Origin: Candidatus Hydrothermarchaeota archaeon
GTDB lineage: Archaea; CAYFZR01
Assembly (NCBI GenBank): GCA_046760505.1
Contig: JBHIEG010000020.1
Coordinates: 1-36,950, forward strand
DNA length: 36,950 nt
Reading direction: 5' to 3'
Shown here: positions 28,468 through 36,950 of the stretch, piece after piece
Layout of the letters: each line of letters begins with the position of its first letter
Numbering within the stretch: position 1 is the first letter of the stretch
Notes under the pieces: model-generated
Database searches by the model: none
The model's input: the letters and a program-made list of their open reading frames with translations, nothing else
What the model was told of the DNA's origin: nothing
Translations under genes and position numbers: made by a program

Positions 28468-28566
28468 GAAAATCACCCTAATAGATTAGATTTTTTAACT
28501 ATTTATAATTTTTGACTTCGTCTTTTGTTCAAAATTTTTTGATTCATCGCAAAAAAGTTAAGATTT

Positions 28567-28582
28567 TTAACAATTTTGTTAA
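28567..28582. promoter_or_regulatory. Inverted repeat TTAACAA-TT-TTGTTAA, candidate operator in the nrdD/Lrp divergent promoter
   Basis: 7-bp arms; just upstream of TTATATATA TATA-like box at about 28599-28607. Confidence 0.45.
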
Positions 28583-28644
28583 TTACCCTAAGAAAGTCTT
28601 ATATATATCATCTTCCTTCAGTATGAGGGAGGGGTTGAAACTAA

Positions 28645-29076
28645 ATGGACGAAGTAGACAAAAAGATTGTCGAAATTCTAAGAGACGATTCAAGAACCAC
28701 ATTCAGTCAGATTGCAAGAGATTTAGGAATCTCGGATGTCGCGGTCTATAAGAGGGTAAAAAAACTCCAAGATGAAGGAATAATAAAGCGATTCACCCTA
28801 GTAATAGATCCCAGAGCGATGGGAAGAGAGGTTATCGCCTACGTTTTGATGAAAACTCTTGCAAATCATACAATACCCATTGCAGAACGCCTAAGGGAGG
28901 AAGAATGGGTCTCAGAGATCTATACCCTGGTGGGAGAATACGATATCATCGCTAAAGTCGAAACAAGCTCGATACAATCGCTAAAAGAATTCGTGGAGAG
29001 AAGACTAAGAAATATGGAAGGGATTTTAGATCTGAGAACATCCATCGTATTCACTGTATTCAAAGAGAACATATAG
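28645..29076 (+). CDS. Lrp/AsnC family transcriptional regulator
   Basis: MDEVDKKI..L..DSR HTH, RVKKL..EGII, GEYDII. Confidence 0.95.
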   Translation: MDEVDKKIVEILRDDSRTTFSQIARDLGISDVAVYKRVKKLQDEGIIKRFTLVIDPRAMGREVIAYVLMKTLANHTIPIAERLREEEWVSEIYTLVGEYDIIAKVETSSIQSLKEFVERRLRNMEGILDLRTSIVFTVFKENI

Positions 29077-29160
29077 TTTTACACCAAGATACACCTTGCA
29101 GGCAAATATTTTATAAGGGAAAATAGGAAAAAATATATCGTCCCCAAAAAGTTCAGGAAG

Positions 29161-29784
29161 ATGGACATGGTCCCTCGAGCGAAGGAGTTCTACTACCTAA
29201 GAGAGCATGCAATAAAGATGTATTCTGCCATGTTTGAATTGAATAAAATAATTTCTTCCCTTCGGGAAATAGATAAGGAAAAGATAAATGAAATAATACC
29301 TCAAGTAATAAGGCTCGAATCAGAGGCCGATGAGATTAAGCACCATATACTTGAAAAAGAGTTACCAGAATCCTCCACTATGAGCAGATTCATAACACTA
29401 GTGGAAACACAAGACGAAATCATGGATGAGATAGAAGAAATAGGAAAGTTACTGGATATAAAAGGTTGTGGTAACGTTCACGCAGATATTTTAGATAAAC
29501 TCAAGGATCTGAGTAATTGTACCCTAGACACCACAAATTTTCTTGTTGAAATTCTTGAAACTTTTCATGGAGAGAAAGATGTGAATGTAAGAGAAACGTT
29601 TGAGAAGCTGGATGAATGTACTGCCAGGCACTCCAAAGAAGAAATTAACTTATTAAAAACCATATTCGAGTATAAAGATGAGCTGAACGCTTTTCACCTC
29701 AGCAAAATTGTAAACAGTTTTGGAAAGATTAATACATGTATCAAAGAAAACGCAGAGACTCTAAAAAATATGTACGGAATTTAA
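29161..29784 (+). CDS. DUF47 / PhoU-like helical protein
   Basis: LESEADEIK and QDEIMD motifs, all-helical. Confidence 0.65.
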   Translation: MDMVPRAKEFYYLREHAIKMYSAMFELNKIISSLREIDKEKINEIIPQVIRLESEADEIKHHILEKELPESSTMSRFITLVETQDEIMDEIEEIGKLLDIKGCGNVHADILDKLKDLSNCTLDTTNFLVEILETFHGEKDVNVRETFEKLDECTARHSKEEINLLKTIFEYKDELNAFHLSKIVNSFGKINTCIKENAETLKNMYGI

Positions 29785-29794
29785 GGGAAGAGAA

Positions 29795-29959
29795 ATGGAA
29801 AAGGCAAGAAAATTGAGAGATTTGCCCGACGAGGAATTAGAAGATCTGATAAGTAAGAAGATGAAAAAAAGGATGAGACAATACATAGAAGAATTTGAGG
29901 CCGAGGATCGCATAATAAGATCCAATAAATTTAAGGCAAAGGGAAAAAAAAGAAAATAG
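29795..29959 (+). CDS. 54-aa charged small protein (uL29-like N-terminus), absent from ORF track
   Basis: MEKARKLRDLPDEELEDLISKKMKKRMRQYIEEFEAEDRIIRSNKFKAKGKKRK; purine-rich upstream sequence; fills the gap between two co-oriented genes. Confidence 0.65.
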   Translation: MEKARKLRDLPDEELEDLISKKMKKRMRQYIEEFEAEDRIIRSNKFKAKGKKRK

Positions 29960-29981
29960 AGTGGAACAAAAAGGGGATTTA

Positions 29982-31196
29982 ATGGACTTCTCTCAAGATA
30001 GAATAACTACCTTACATGACCTTTGCATAGATAAGAAGTTTCTCATAAAATGCATAGAAGATATGTCTGTAGAAAGACCTGTTGCATTGGTTCTCCCACT
30101 CTTGTACGAAGAATTCTCCGGTGATGCTCTGAGAAATATCGTTGAGAGTTTAAATAAGTTAAATTACTTAAATGAAGTAATCATCCCCATTTCAGCTAGA
30201 AATAGAGAAGAATACCAAGAATCACTAAATTACTTTTCAATTCTTAAGCACAATACGTTGGTGGTCTGGTGTAACGGACCCGGCGTAACTTATAATTTGA
30301 GAGAACTGAAGGAAAAGGGAATTGATCTAACGCTCCTTTATGGAAAGGGTATGGATGTCTGGATCGCAATGGGGATTGGAAGTCTAGAAAACTATGCAAT
30401 GATACTCCATGATGGAGACATATTAACTTACGACGAAATGTTGCCTTCCAAGTTAATATTTCCAATAATTGAGCCAGAACTTGATTTTTATTTCAACAAA
30501 GGGTACTACGCAAGAATAGATCTAAATGAACGCACGATGTACGGTCGTGTATATAGGCTTTTTGTAAAACCCTTGCTAAACAGTTTTCTGGATGTTGTAG
30601 GGTATGATTCTAGATTCCTTCAGTACATGTGTTCTTTTAGATATCCTCTGGCTGGAGACTTCGCACTTACCAGTGATTTAGCCCTTAACATGAGAATACC
30701 TGCAGACTGGGGGCTTGAAATAGGTATTTTGACTGAAGTTTACAGAAACACCGCAATAAAAAGAGTTTGTCAAACTGATCTTGGAATATACGACCACAAA
30801 CATAGGGAAATCGGAAAAGATAGGACCGAAGGTCTCCAGAAGATGGCAAATGATATCTTACTCACACTTTTGCGTAATCTGACAGAAATAAAAGGAATCC
30901 AAATCTCGAAAGATTTTTTAATAAGCTTGGGTGTATTATACCGGCGTCACGCTCAAGATCTGGTCAGGCAGTATCATGCAGAGTCCATGTTCAACAAAAT
31001 CAACTACAATAGACATTTGGAAGAGACTACGGTGGATCTTTTCGCGAAAATAATCGTAACATCAGGAGCAGAGTACTTGAACGAGCCAACAGGCACACAG
31101 ATCCCGGATTGGTTGAGAGTACTTTCTGCAATTCCCACAATAAGGAAAGATCTGAAAGAAAGTGTAATAGAAGAGATGGAGAGATTTTCTAAATAA
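29982..31196 (+). CDS. gpgS: Glucosyl-3-phosphoglycerate synthase (GT-A)
   Basis: MDFSQDRITTLH, GKG.DVW, HDGDI, KGYYAR, YGRV.RL, RYPLAGDFA, DWGLEIG, YDHKH. Confidence 0.85.
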   Translation: MDFSQDRITTLHDLCIDKKFLIKCIEDMSVERPVALVLPLLYEEFSGDALRNIVESLNKLNYLNEVIIPISARNREEYQESLNYFSILKHNTLVVWCNGPGVTYNLRELKEKGIDLTLLYGKGMDVWIAMGIGSLENYAMILHDGDILTYDEMLPSKLIFPIIEPELDFYFNKGYYARIDLNERTMYGRVYRLFVKPLLNSFLDVVGYDSRFLQYMCSFRYPLAGDFALTSDLALNMRIPADWGLEIGILTEVYRNTAIKRVCQTDLGIYDHKHREIGKDRTEGLQKMANDILLTLLRNLTEIKGIQISKDFLISLGVLYRRHAQDLVRQYHAESMFNKINYNRHLEETTVDLFAKIIVTSGAEYLNEPTGTQIPDWLRVLSAIPTIRKDLKESVIEEMERFSK

Positions 31197-31236
31197 TCGA
31201 AAAAGGTTAATACTCGTTTTTGAAAAGTGATGAAAC

Positions 31237-31947
31237 ATGTCCATAGCCGTATCCATAGACCTCGAACAAGATTTGCCACCCTATGGGAGTACTTTCAGAG
31301 GCATTGAAGAGGGATTACCTAAAATACTAGCCAAATTAATAAAATACGATGTAAATCCGACTTTTTTCGTAACATCCGACGTGGCAAAAAGATTTCCTGA
31401 CGAAATAGAAAATTTAATCGAACATGGATTCGAAATTGGTTGTCACAGTCATTATCATAAAAAGAGTACAAATCCAAATGAAATTGAAGAAGCAACCCAT
31501 ATATTAATGGATTTTTGTGATGTAATAGGGTACAGGGCACCGTATTTGCGCTTAAACAGCAACACTTACGAGTATCTACACAGGCTGAACTATATCTACA
31601 GTTCTTCTACCATAGGAACTCATATACGCAAAGTAAACGGAATAATAGAGGTTCCGATAACTCCTACCAAACTATTTGGTTTGAAATTGCCTGCATGTAC
31701 CTCTACATTAAGACTAGGTGGAAAGAGAATTATACCTAGAATACTGGAAAGGGAAGACATAGTTTTTTACACCCATCCCTGGGAATATATCAGGTTAAAT
31801 CACGTAAGACCAAGAATTTTGGGGTTCAGATGCGGTCCGTGGATCGAAAAGATATTTGATGAGTTTTTAAAAAAAGCCAGAGAGATAGACGATTTCAAAA
31901 ATCTCTCTTACTTAGCGAAGTACAATGCTAAAAGAAATCAAAAATAG
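31237..31947 (+). CDS. Polysaccharide deacetylase family protein
   Basis: SIDLE, TFFV, EIGCHSHYH, GYRAPY, YTHPWE. Confidence 0.88.
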   Translation: MSIAVSIDLEQDLPPYGSTFRGIEEGLPKILAKLIKYDVNPTFFVTSDVAKRFPDEIENLIEHGFEIGCHSHYHKKSTNPNEIEEATHILMDFCDVIGYRAPYLRLNSNTYEYLHRLNYIYSSSTIGTHIRKVNGIIEVPITPTKLFGLKLPACTSTLRLGGKRIIPRILEREDIVFYTHPWEYIRLNHVRPRILGFRCGPWIEKIFDEFLKKAREIDDFKNLSYLAKYNAKRNQK

Positions 31948-33154
31948 ACCTCTGTTTTTTAATGTATCTCAATATATGGCTCTGGCTTTCCCATTTTTCC
32001 ATGGGTATCTTTAATCTTGATGAGATGTAATCTAAGGCACCTTTTAAATCCTCAAATGTGATTGGTCCATTTTTCATCGCATTCCTCACATTTTCTCTTA
32101 TTTGCCAGACGCCTAATGGTATATAGTATCCTTTGTGAATCTCTCTAAAGATTATCACACCAGCCTGTCTTCTTCTTCTCACTAGATGTTCACAAACAGC
32201 TAGCCTTCCAGCATAATATGCGCCTGTGACGTTACTCGCATAATCTGACCTTCCCCGATAGAACTCATGATCCGATACTATGCTCGTTGTACCACATGAC
32301 CATATGCTCTCTGGAAACCATGCTTCCAGTTGTTCGAAACACCATGATGTAGGTATTAACAAGATGAAAAATCGGTTGTCAAGGTAGTCAGAATAAAAGA
32401 CTTGGTAACTATCTATCAAAGGGAAGTCTTTTATAACTCTTATCAAATTTTTCGAGACGATGTCGTCTACGGCAGTTATAGCCCATCTAGTTGGAACAAG
32501 TTTTCTCTTGCTTTCTTTACCAAGGAGACCTACCGAAAATATCCTGACAAGATGAGATACGGGGATATCATGATCATAAAGTTCTATCAGTGCCTTATCG
32601 GCTTTTAGATCTATATCAGACGTAATTTTTTCGATATGTCTTGGTATTTTTGGATTCTCTGTAACTTTTATTGAGATCAGAGGAGCAGAAGGACCCATTG
32701 GCTGTTCATAGTCTGAGAAACTCATTCTGAATCTCGGCTCTTTTGCGAGTTTTATCTCAGTATCTACAGGCTTTGATGCGAGTACAATTTCATGAACTGC
32801 ATCAAGTATTTTAGATGGTTTTTTCACATCTGCTAGAGTTTGAGTTCTGAGCAACTGCGACCTAAAATCTATAATCTCTTGAACAGATAATCCAAACCAT
32901 CTCTCAGTCATATCAAGTATGCTCGTATCGCCTAGAACAGGAGGAACCATTGGTCCCGCATATACTCTTGGATAGCCTCTATACCCTACAAAAGCAGAAG
33001 GAGGAGAAGATCCAAATATTTCTTTTGATGTGAATTTATGCTTAAATTTAACGATAGAATCTATTTTAGAAAGAATAGAACAACTGCTCCTACCACAGAG
33101 TAATCTGGATCCTTTGCATACTATACAGAGGTTTTTTTTCTGAGGACTAACCAT
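31928..33154 (-). CDS. nreA: Nre family DNA repair protein
   Basis: CIVCKG..LCG...C Zn finger, GSSPPS.FVG, LVPTRWAITAVD, C-terminal PIP box QRSIFDFF. Confidence 0.92.
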   Translation of the reverse strand: MVSPQKKNLCIVCKGSRLLCGRSSCSILSKIDSIVKFKHKFTSKEIFGSSPPSAFVGYRGYPRVYAGPMVPPVLGDTSILDMTERWFGLSVQEIIDFRSQLLRTQTLADVKKPSKILDAVHEIVLASKPVDTEIKLAKEPRFRMSFSDYEQPMGPSAPLISIKVTENPKIPRHIEKITSDIDLKADKALIELYDHDIPVSHLVRIFSVGLLGKESKRKLVPTRWAITAVDDIVSKNLIRVIKDFPLIDSYQVFYSDYLDNRFFILLIPTSWCFEQLEAWFPESIWSCGTTSIVSDHEFYRGRSDYASNVTGAYYAGRLAVCEHLVRRRRQAGVIIFREIHKGYYIPLGVWQIRENVRNAMKNGPITFEDLKGALDYISSRLKIPMEKWESQSHILRYIKKQRSIFDFF

Positions 33155-33170
33155 AAGACTCTCCGGGAGT

Positions 33171-33911
33171 TCAATCTAAACTATCCGCTTCTGGTACTGG
33201 TTGACTTCTTTTCCACTGATATAAAGGAGAAACACATACATACAAAAGTATTACTACGAATAAGAACTTTGGAAAGAAAAACTGCCCTTTGTCAGGAAGT
33301 ATTATGGTCATAAGGAGGGTAAAACCAACCAAGGAACCCATGAATATTCCCCTTGGATCGTTGATTATTCCTTTAAAGTTAGGGTAGGATACTGTGCTTA
33401 TCATTAGTAGTGCAGTTAGGTAGGCTAGTATCACCACAAGTACATTTGGTATTTTTATTTTCGATAACCAGAGAGTTGCGAACAGCAATCCTATTGCAGG
33501 TATTGGCAAACCAATGAATATTTCACCTTCTGTTTCGCAGAAAAGTATGTTAAATCTTGCAAGTCTTAAAACTCCACATAATATCAATGCAATTGATGCT
33601 AACATGACCGCAAAATTTTGAGGCGCTAGATTAGAGCTCCATATGAGAAGAGCTGGGGCAACACCGAATGATATGCAGTCAGATAAAGAATCAAGGTTGA
33701 CTCCAAAGTCTGTGGTTTTATCTTTCAGTCTTGCCCACCATCCGTCAATTCCATCCGCGATGAATGCCAACAATATGAATCTAGAAGCAGCATCGAAATT
33801 ACCCATATAGGAAGAAAATATGGAATATGAACCGAAAGAAGCATTTAGTAGGGTGACTATATCCGGTTTCTTTATTAACTCAGTTATCTTCACTCTCTCT
33901 ACACCTCTCAA
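33171..33911 (-). CDS. pssA: Archaetidylserine / phosphatidylserine synthase
   Basis: DGIDG..AR...G..LDSLSD CDP-alcohol phosphotransferase motif, RLARFN, FIGLPIP; start may be GTG at 33893. Confidence 0.92.
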   Translation of the reverse strand: MRGVERVKITELIKKPDIVTLLNASFGSYSIFSSYMGNFDAASRFILLAFIADGIDGWWARLKDKTTDFGVNLDSLSDCISFGVAPALLIWSSNLAPQNFAVMLASIALILCGVLRLARFNILFCETEGEIFIGLPIPAIGLLFATLWLSKIKIPNVLVVILAYLTALLMISTVSYPNFKGIINDPRGIFMGSLVGFTLLMTIILPDKGQFFFPKFLFVVILLYVCVSPLYQWKRSQPVPEADSLD

Positions 33912-34530
33912 ACAGGACGGTTTCTCCTGCTCTCACCTTCTCTCTTAAGGATACCTTAATTTTCCAGTCTGATTTTGGTAAGATTAAATCTACTCTAGAG
34001 CCGAATGTAATTTTTCCCAGTCTATCACCTGTTTTTAAGTAATGGCCCTCTCTGACCCAGCATTTGATTCTTCTTGCCAGAAAACCGGCAATCTGTACCA
34101 CACAATAAACCGATCCATTACCATCTCTTATCCATATCAGATTTTTTTCATTTTCAGAGGGTTCTCTAAATATTAAGGGCGAGAATCTACCCTTAATATG
34201 TTTAATCTCCTCTACAAAGCCGCTTAAGGGTACGCGATTCACGTGAACATCGAAAATAGACATAAAAATCCCTACCCTAATATAAGATTCATCTAACGCA
34301 TGTCCGTAGAAGACTTCACCCTTTTCAATTTCTTTGATTTCAACTATCTTGCCATCGGCAGGTGATACTACCACTTCCCCTTCAGGAGTATTCCTCTCAG
34401 GATCTCGATTGAATATAACATTAAATAAACTTAAACCAACAAAAGGCATTATTAGGATAGGGTGAACCAGCGAATAGAAAATACTCCCCGCTAGCAAGAA
34501 TACTATGGACACCTTGTGGTAATCATCCAT
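33880..34530 (-). CDS. psd: Archaetidylserine / phosphatidylserine decarboxylase proenzyme
   Basis: RDPER, SPADG, HVNRVP, FGSRVD self-cleavage motif; likely ATG at 34530. Confidence 0.92.
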   Translation of the reverse strand: MDDYHKVSIVFLLAGSIFYSLVHPILIMPFVGLSLFNVIFNRDPERNTPEGEVVVSPADGKIVEIKEIEKGEVFYGHALDESYIRVGIFMSIFDVHVNRVPLSGFVEEIKHIKGRFSPLIFREPSENEKNLIWIRDGNGSVYCVVQIAGFLARRIKCWVREGHYLKTGDRLGKITFGSRVDLILPKSDWKIKVSLREKVRAGETVLFERCRESEDN

Positions 34531-34562
34531 GAGCCTGCCCCCCAATCTACAATTCAAAAATA

Positions 34563-35783
34563 TTATGTTCCTTGTCCCACTGAATTTGGATTTAACTCTT
34601 TTAAGGTTAGTATTTTTAGTCCAAGTGGTCTTTTAACAATATTGCCCATTTTTGCTCCAATTAAGTAGGTTAATCCCTTCTCCGTAGCAATATCGACAAG
34701 TCTTTGAGTGACGACGCCATCGAAGACTATCGCGTATATGTCGTTCTCTGACTCGTTTAAACATCTTGCAAGATCTCTTACCGGAACCTCGTTTACCAGA
34801 TTGATTTCGCTATCATATAGGCGGGCCTTTAATGAGCCTGATAGGTCGTTCAATATTAGCCCAAACCTGAATAGATCATCATCTGGCTTAAAAATCTTTT
34901 CAGATGGTTTTTGCACCTGAATTCTATGCTTTGTTTCTTCTCTCTTCAAAGGAGTATAGAAGGTGGTTATCTGTTCTACAGGAATCTTGTTTCTGAGTGC
35001 CTTGATTATCTCTTTCTTAGTTAGTTCTTCGACCTCCTTCCCCTCTGGAGCCCTTGCTATATAATCGATATCCGCTGTTTGTAAGAGTTCTTTTAGTATA
35101 AGTTCTCCACCCCTGTCTCCGTCAACGAAAGCTATCACTATCTTCTCTTTGCTCAAATCTATGATTGTCTTTGGTATCTTTGTACCTTCAACCGCGATTG
35201 CGTTCCTAATCCCGTCCTTTAGGAGGTTCAGAACATCTGCTCTGCCTTCTACAACTATTATAGTATCCGATTCTGCGATGTTGGGTCCTGCTGGCAACTT
35301 TTCTGGACCATACTCAGTTATTTCCTTTATCCTTACCGCTCGTCTGACTTCTTCCGCTAATTCCTGACTCTCTGGACCCAATTCATCTATTAGGGTGCTC
35401 AATATCTCCTTTGATCTTTCAATAATTCTTCTCCTTTTTGTGGTTCTAACGTCCTCAATTCTATCTATTCGGATATGAGCAGTACAAGGTCCTACTCTAT
35501 CTATTGTCTCTAAAGCAGAGGCCAAAATCGCTGTTTCAACTTTATCAAGGCTGGAAGGTACGGTTATTGTGCCTCTGGATCTTCCTCCTTCTGACTTTAT
35601 TTCTACCTCTATTCTTCCTATTCTGCCGGTTTTTTGCAGTTCTCTCAAATCTAAGTCACTTCCAAGCAAACCCTCTGTTTGACCAAATATTGCGCCAACA
35701 ACATCAGGTTTCTCAACAACTCCATCTGCATCTATAATAGCATGAATCATATACTTAGTAGTCCCAAGCTCATCTTTTTCCAT
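34563..35783 (-). CDS. dnaG: Archaeal DnaG-type primase / exosome-associated protein
   Basis: GVVEKPDVVGAIFGQTEGLLG, VEGRADV, DGDRGG, FDGVVTQRL. Confidence 0.97.
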   Translation of the reverse strand: MEKDELGTTKYMIHAIIDADGVVEKPDVVGAIFGQTEGLLGSDLDLRELQKTGRIGRIEVEIKSEGGRSRGTITVPSSLDKVETAILASALETIDRVGPCTAHIRIDRIEDVRTTKRRRIIERSKEILSTLIDELGPESQELAEEVRRAVRIKEITEYGPEKLPAGPNIAESDTIIVVEGRADVLNLLKDGIRNAIAVEGTKIPKTIIDLSKEKIVIAFVDGDRGGELILKELLQTADIDYIARAPEGKEVEELTKKEIIKALRNKIPVEQITTFYTPLKREETKHRIQVQKPSEKIFKPDDDLFRFGLILNDLSGSLKARLYDSEINLVNEVPVRDLARCLNESENDIYAIVFDGVVTQRLVDIATEKGLTYLIGAKMGNIVKRPLGLKILTLKELNPNSVGQGT

Positions 35784-35872
35784 ATAATCCCTCCAGAAAT
35801 TAAAAATAAGTATCAGAGTTTATTTGGGGTGATTCAGACATAAGCATCACCTGTTCACATTCTTGCTAAACT

Positions 35873-36283
35873 TCACAGATTTTCAGTCTCAAAGCCTAAA
35901 TTTTCTCTTAATCTTTTGATGTGGGAATAAAGGGCTTCTATGTTGTTTATCCTTATGATTTCCCTTAAATCTCTTCTATATCTGTATATTACCTTAATAC
36001 CTCGACTTTCCAACCTTTTCTTAAGTTTCTCGTAAATCAGAGTGCCTTTTTTGTCAAGATCTGTAAGGACTATCACCTCTTCATGGTTAGAAATATTATC
36101 TATTACCTTCGTAAGGGTACCTAAACTTTGAATTGTATATATATCTCCGGTAATTCCTAACTTTTCAAGGGCTTCTTTGTCTTTTTTTCCTTCAACAACG
36201 ATTGGTTTTTTTTCGCTGGCTTGTTTGAGTTCTTTGATCCATGCTTCTAACTTTTCAATCTTTGTTATCTCCTTCCTTTTCAC
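35873..36283 (-). CDS. Small toprim-domain protein
   Basis: IVVEGKKD..AL, VLTDLDKKG. Confidence 0.9.
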   Translation of the reverse strand: MKRKEITKIEKLEAWIKELKQASEKKPIVVEGKKDKEALEKLGITGDIYTIQSLGTLTKVIDNISNHEEVIVLTDLDKKGTLIYEKLKKRLESRGIKVIYRYRRDLREIIRINNIEALYSHIKRLRENLGFETENL

Positions 36284-36581
36284 TCAACCATCTCTTCAGT
36301 TTTTTTGCGATGATTTCACTATTTCCTTCAATCTTTATCGTCTTCTGTCTGCTTTTACTTCCCTTCACAATTTTAACCGAGCTAGGTTTAACACCAAGGC
36401 TTTTACTAAATAATCTTATAACATGTTCGTTTGCCTTGCCCTTTACAGGTGCTTCTTTGATCTTTACCTCCAATCTTTTTCTCCACTCATTTATTCCAAT
36501 TATTTTGTCTGTATCCGATCTCGGGATGACTTCAATATCTATGAGTATTCCATCTTCAGATGTTTTGATGATCCCACGCAT
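36255..36581 (-). CDS. DUF167 (YggU) family protein
   Basis: V.PRS, APVKGKAN, IVKGSKSRQK; ATG at 36581 after GGTGA (the longer ORF runs into the ncRNA). Confidence 0.9.
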   Translation of the reverse strand: MRGIIKTSEDGILIDIEVIPRSDTDKIIGINEWRKRLEVKIKEAPVKGKANEHVIRLFSKSLGVKPSSVKIVKGSKSRQKTIKIEGNSEIIAKKLKRWLSEKEGDNKD

Positions 36582-36593
36582 GAAATCACCATG

Positions 36594-36812
36594 AATTATG
36601 CCCCAGAGGTAACGCCCCGTACTCACGGATAGACCCCTCGTCTCGCCTCCTACGGGGTGACCCTCCTCCGGGGCGTGTGTACTGCACCGGGGTTGGCCGG
36701 CAGATCATCGTTAGGAATCGTACCATACTCCCAGCGGGACCCAAAAGGTGCAGAATGTAGCCCTTGCCTTGCCTCGTTGATCATTAATCACAACGATCTT
36801 CGTGCAAGGGCA
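36594..36812 (-). ncRNA. Three-hairpin archaeal H/ACA pseudouridylation guide RNA (Afu4/HgcG-like architecture)
   Basis: GC-rich island; lower stems 36811-36804/36767-36760, 36753-36747/36688-36682 and 36674-36665/36609-36600, followed by ACA, ACA and AUA boxes; K-loop/K-turn GA pairs; pocket complementary to 23S helix 69. Confidence 0.85.
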
Positions 36813-36832
36813 ATATAATTGAGTATGTATAT

Positions 36833-36843
36833 CCTTAAATATA
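36833..36843 (-). promoter_or_regulatory. TATA-like box for the H/ACA RNA
   Basis: ATATTTAAGG on minus strand, about 25-30 nt upstream of the first stem. Confidence 0.55.
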
Positions 36844-36950
36844 TTATGTTCCAAGATTTTGAGTTCCAAAATGACTTGGAACTTGGTTATCGTACGGATA
36901 AAGACTTGGACTGCCCTAGATCGTATATCTATTTTTTTATTATAATTTTT

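Noticed and set aside
36582-36626. N-terminal extension of the DUF167 ORF
   Set aside because: Overlaps ncRNA hairpin 3; an RBS-supported ATG lies at 36581
491-36632. Remaining short (60-120 aa) ORFs in the track overlapping called genes
   Set aside because: Antisense or off-frame shadows with no motifs or RBS support
36594-36812. GC-rich island as RNase P RNA, SRP RNA or tRNA
   Set aside because: No GAGGAAAGUCC, no SRP helix-8 motif, no T-loop or cloverleaf; the hairpin plus ANA-box pattern fits H/ACA
1-36950. CRISPR array, transposase, integrase, intein, rRNA or tRNA genes
   Set aside because: No repeat-spacer pattern or matching motifs seen; NrdD length leaves no room for an intein

Overview
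AT-rich archaeal (euryarchaeal-type) chromosomal segment, judged from archaeal DnaG, Nre, Nob1, AglB, archaetidylserine synthase/decarboxylase, a methanogen-like NrdD and GGTGA/GAGG ribosome-binding sites. Positions ~1-12.8 kb form an accessory envelope-redox locus: a monoheme c-type cytochrome, CcmH-like, full-length CcmF, a CcmI-tailed surface protein, two CcdA/DsbD-type proteins, three paralogous exported thioredoxins (two on Ig-like stalks) and an alpha/alpha-barrel with CxxC motifs fused to a second CcmH-like domain. Facing away from it is a five-gene operon of membrane- or Tat-targeted Fe-S proteins with no catalytic subunit. The rest is mostly housekeeping: C-N hydrolase, gamma-CA family, crotonase, RimK-like, fdhD, ahbD-like, nob1, gfcR-like, nadX-A-C, epimerase, aglB, ATP-grasp, CBS, nrdD, Lrp, DUF47, gpgS, deacetylase, nre, pssA, psd, dnaG, toprim and DUF167. 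Items missed by the ORF track include a three-hairpin H/ACA guide RNA (36594-36812, minus) with a readable 23S helix-69 target, a 54-aa uL29-like ORF, a Cys-to-Ser change at a catalytic position of NrdD, and several palindromic sites. All family calls come from motif recognition, not database searches. Several start codons were moved downstream of the ORF-track start to RBS-supported positions.
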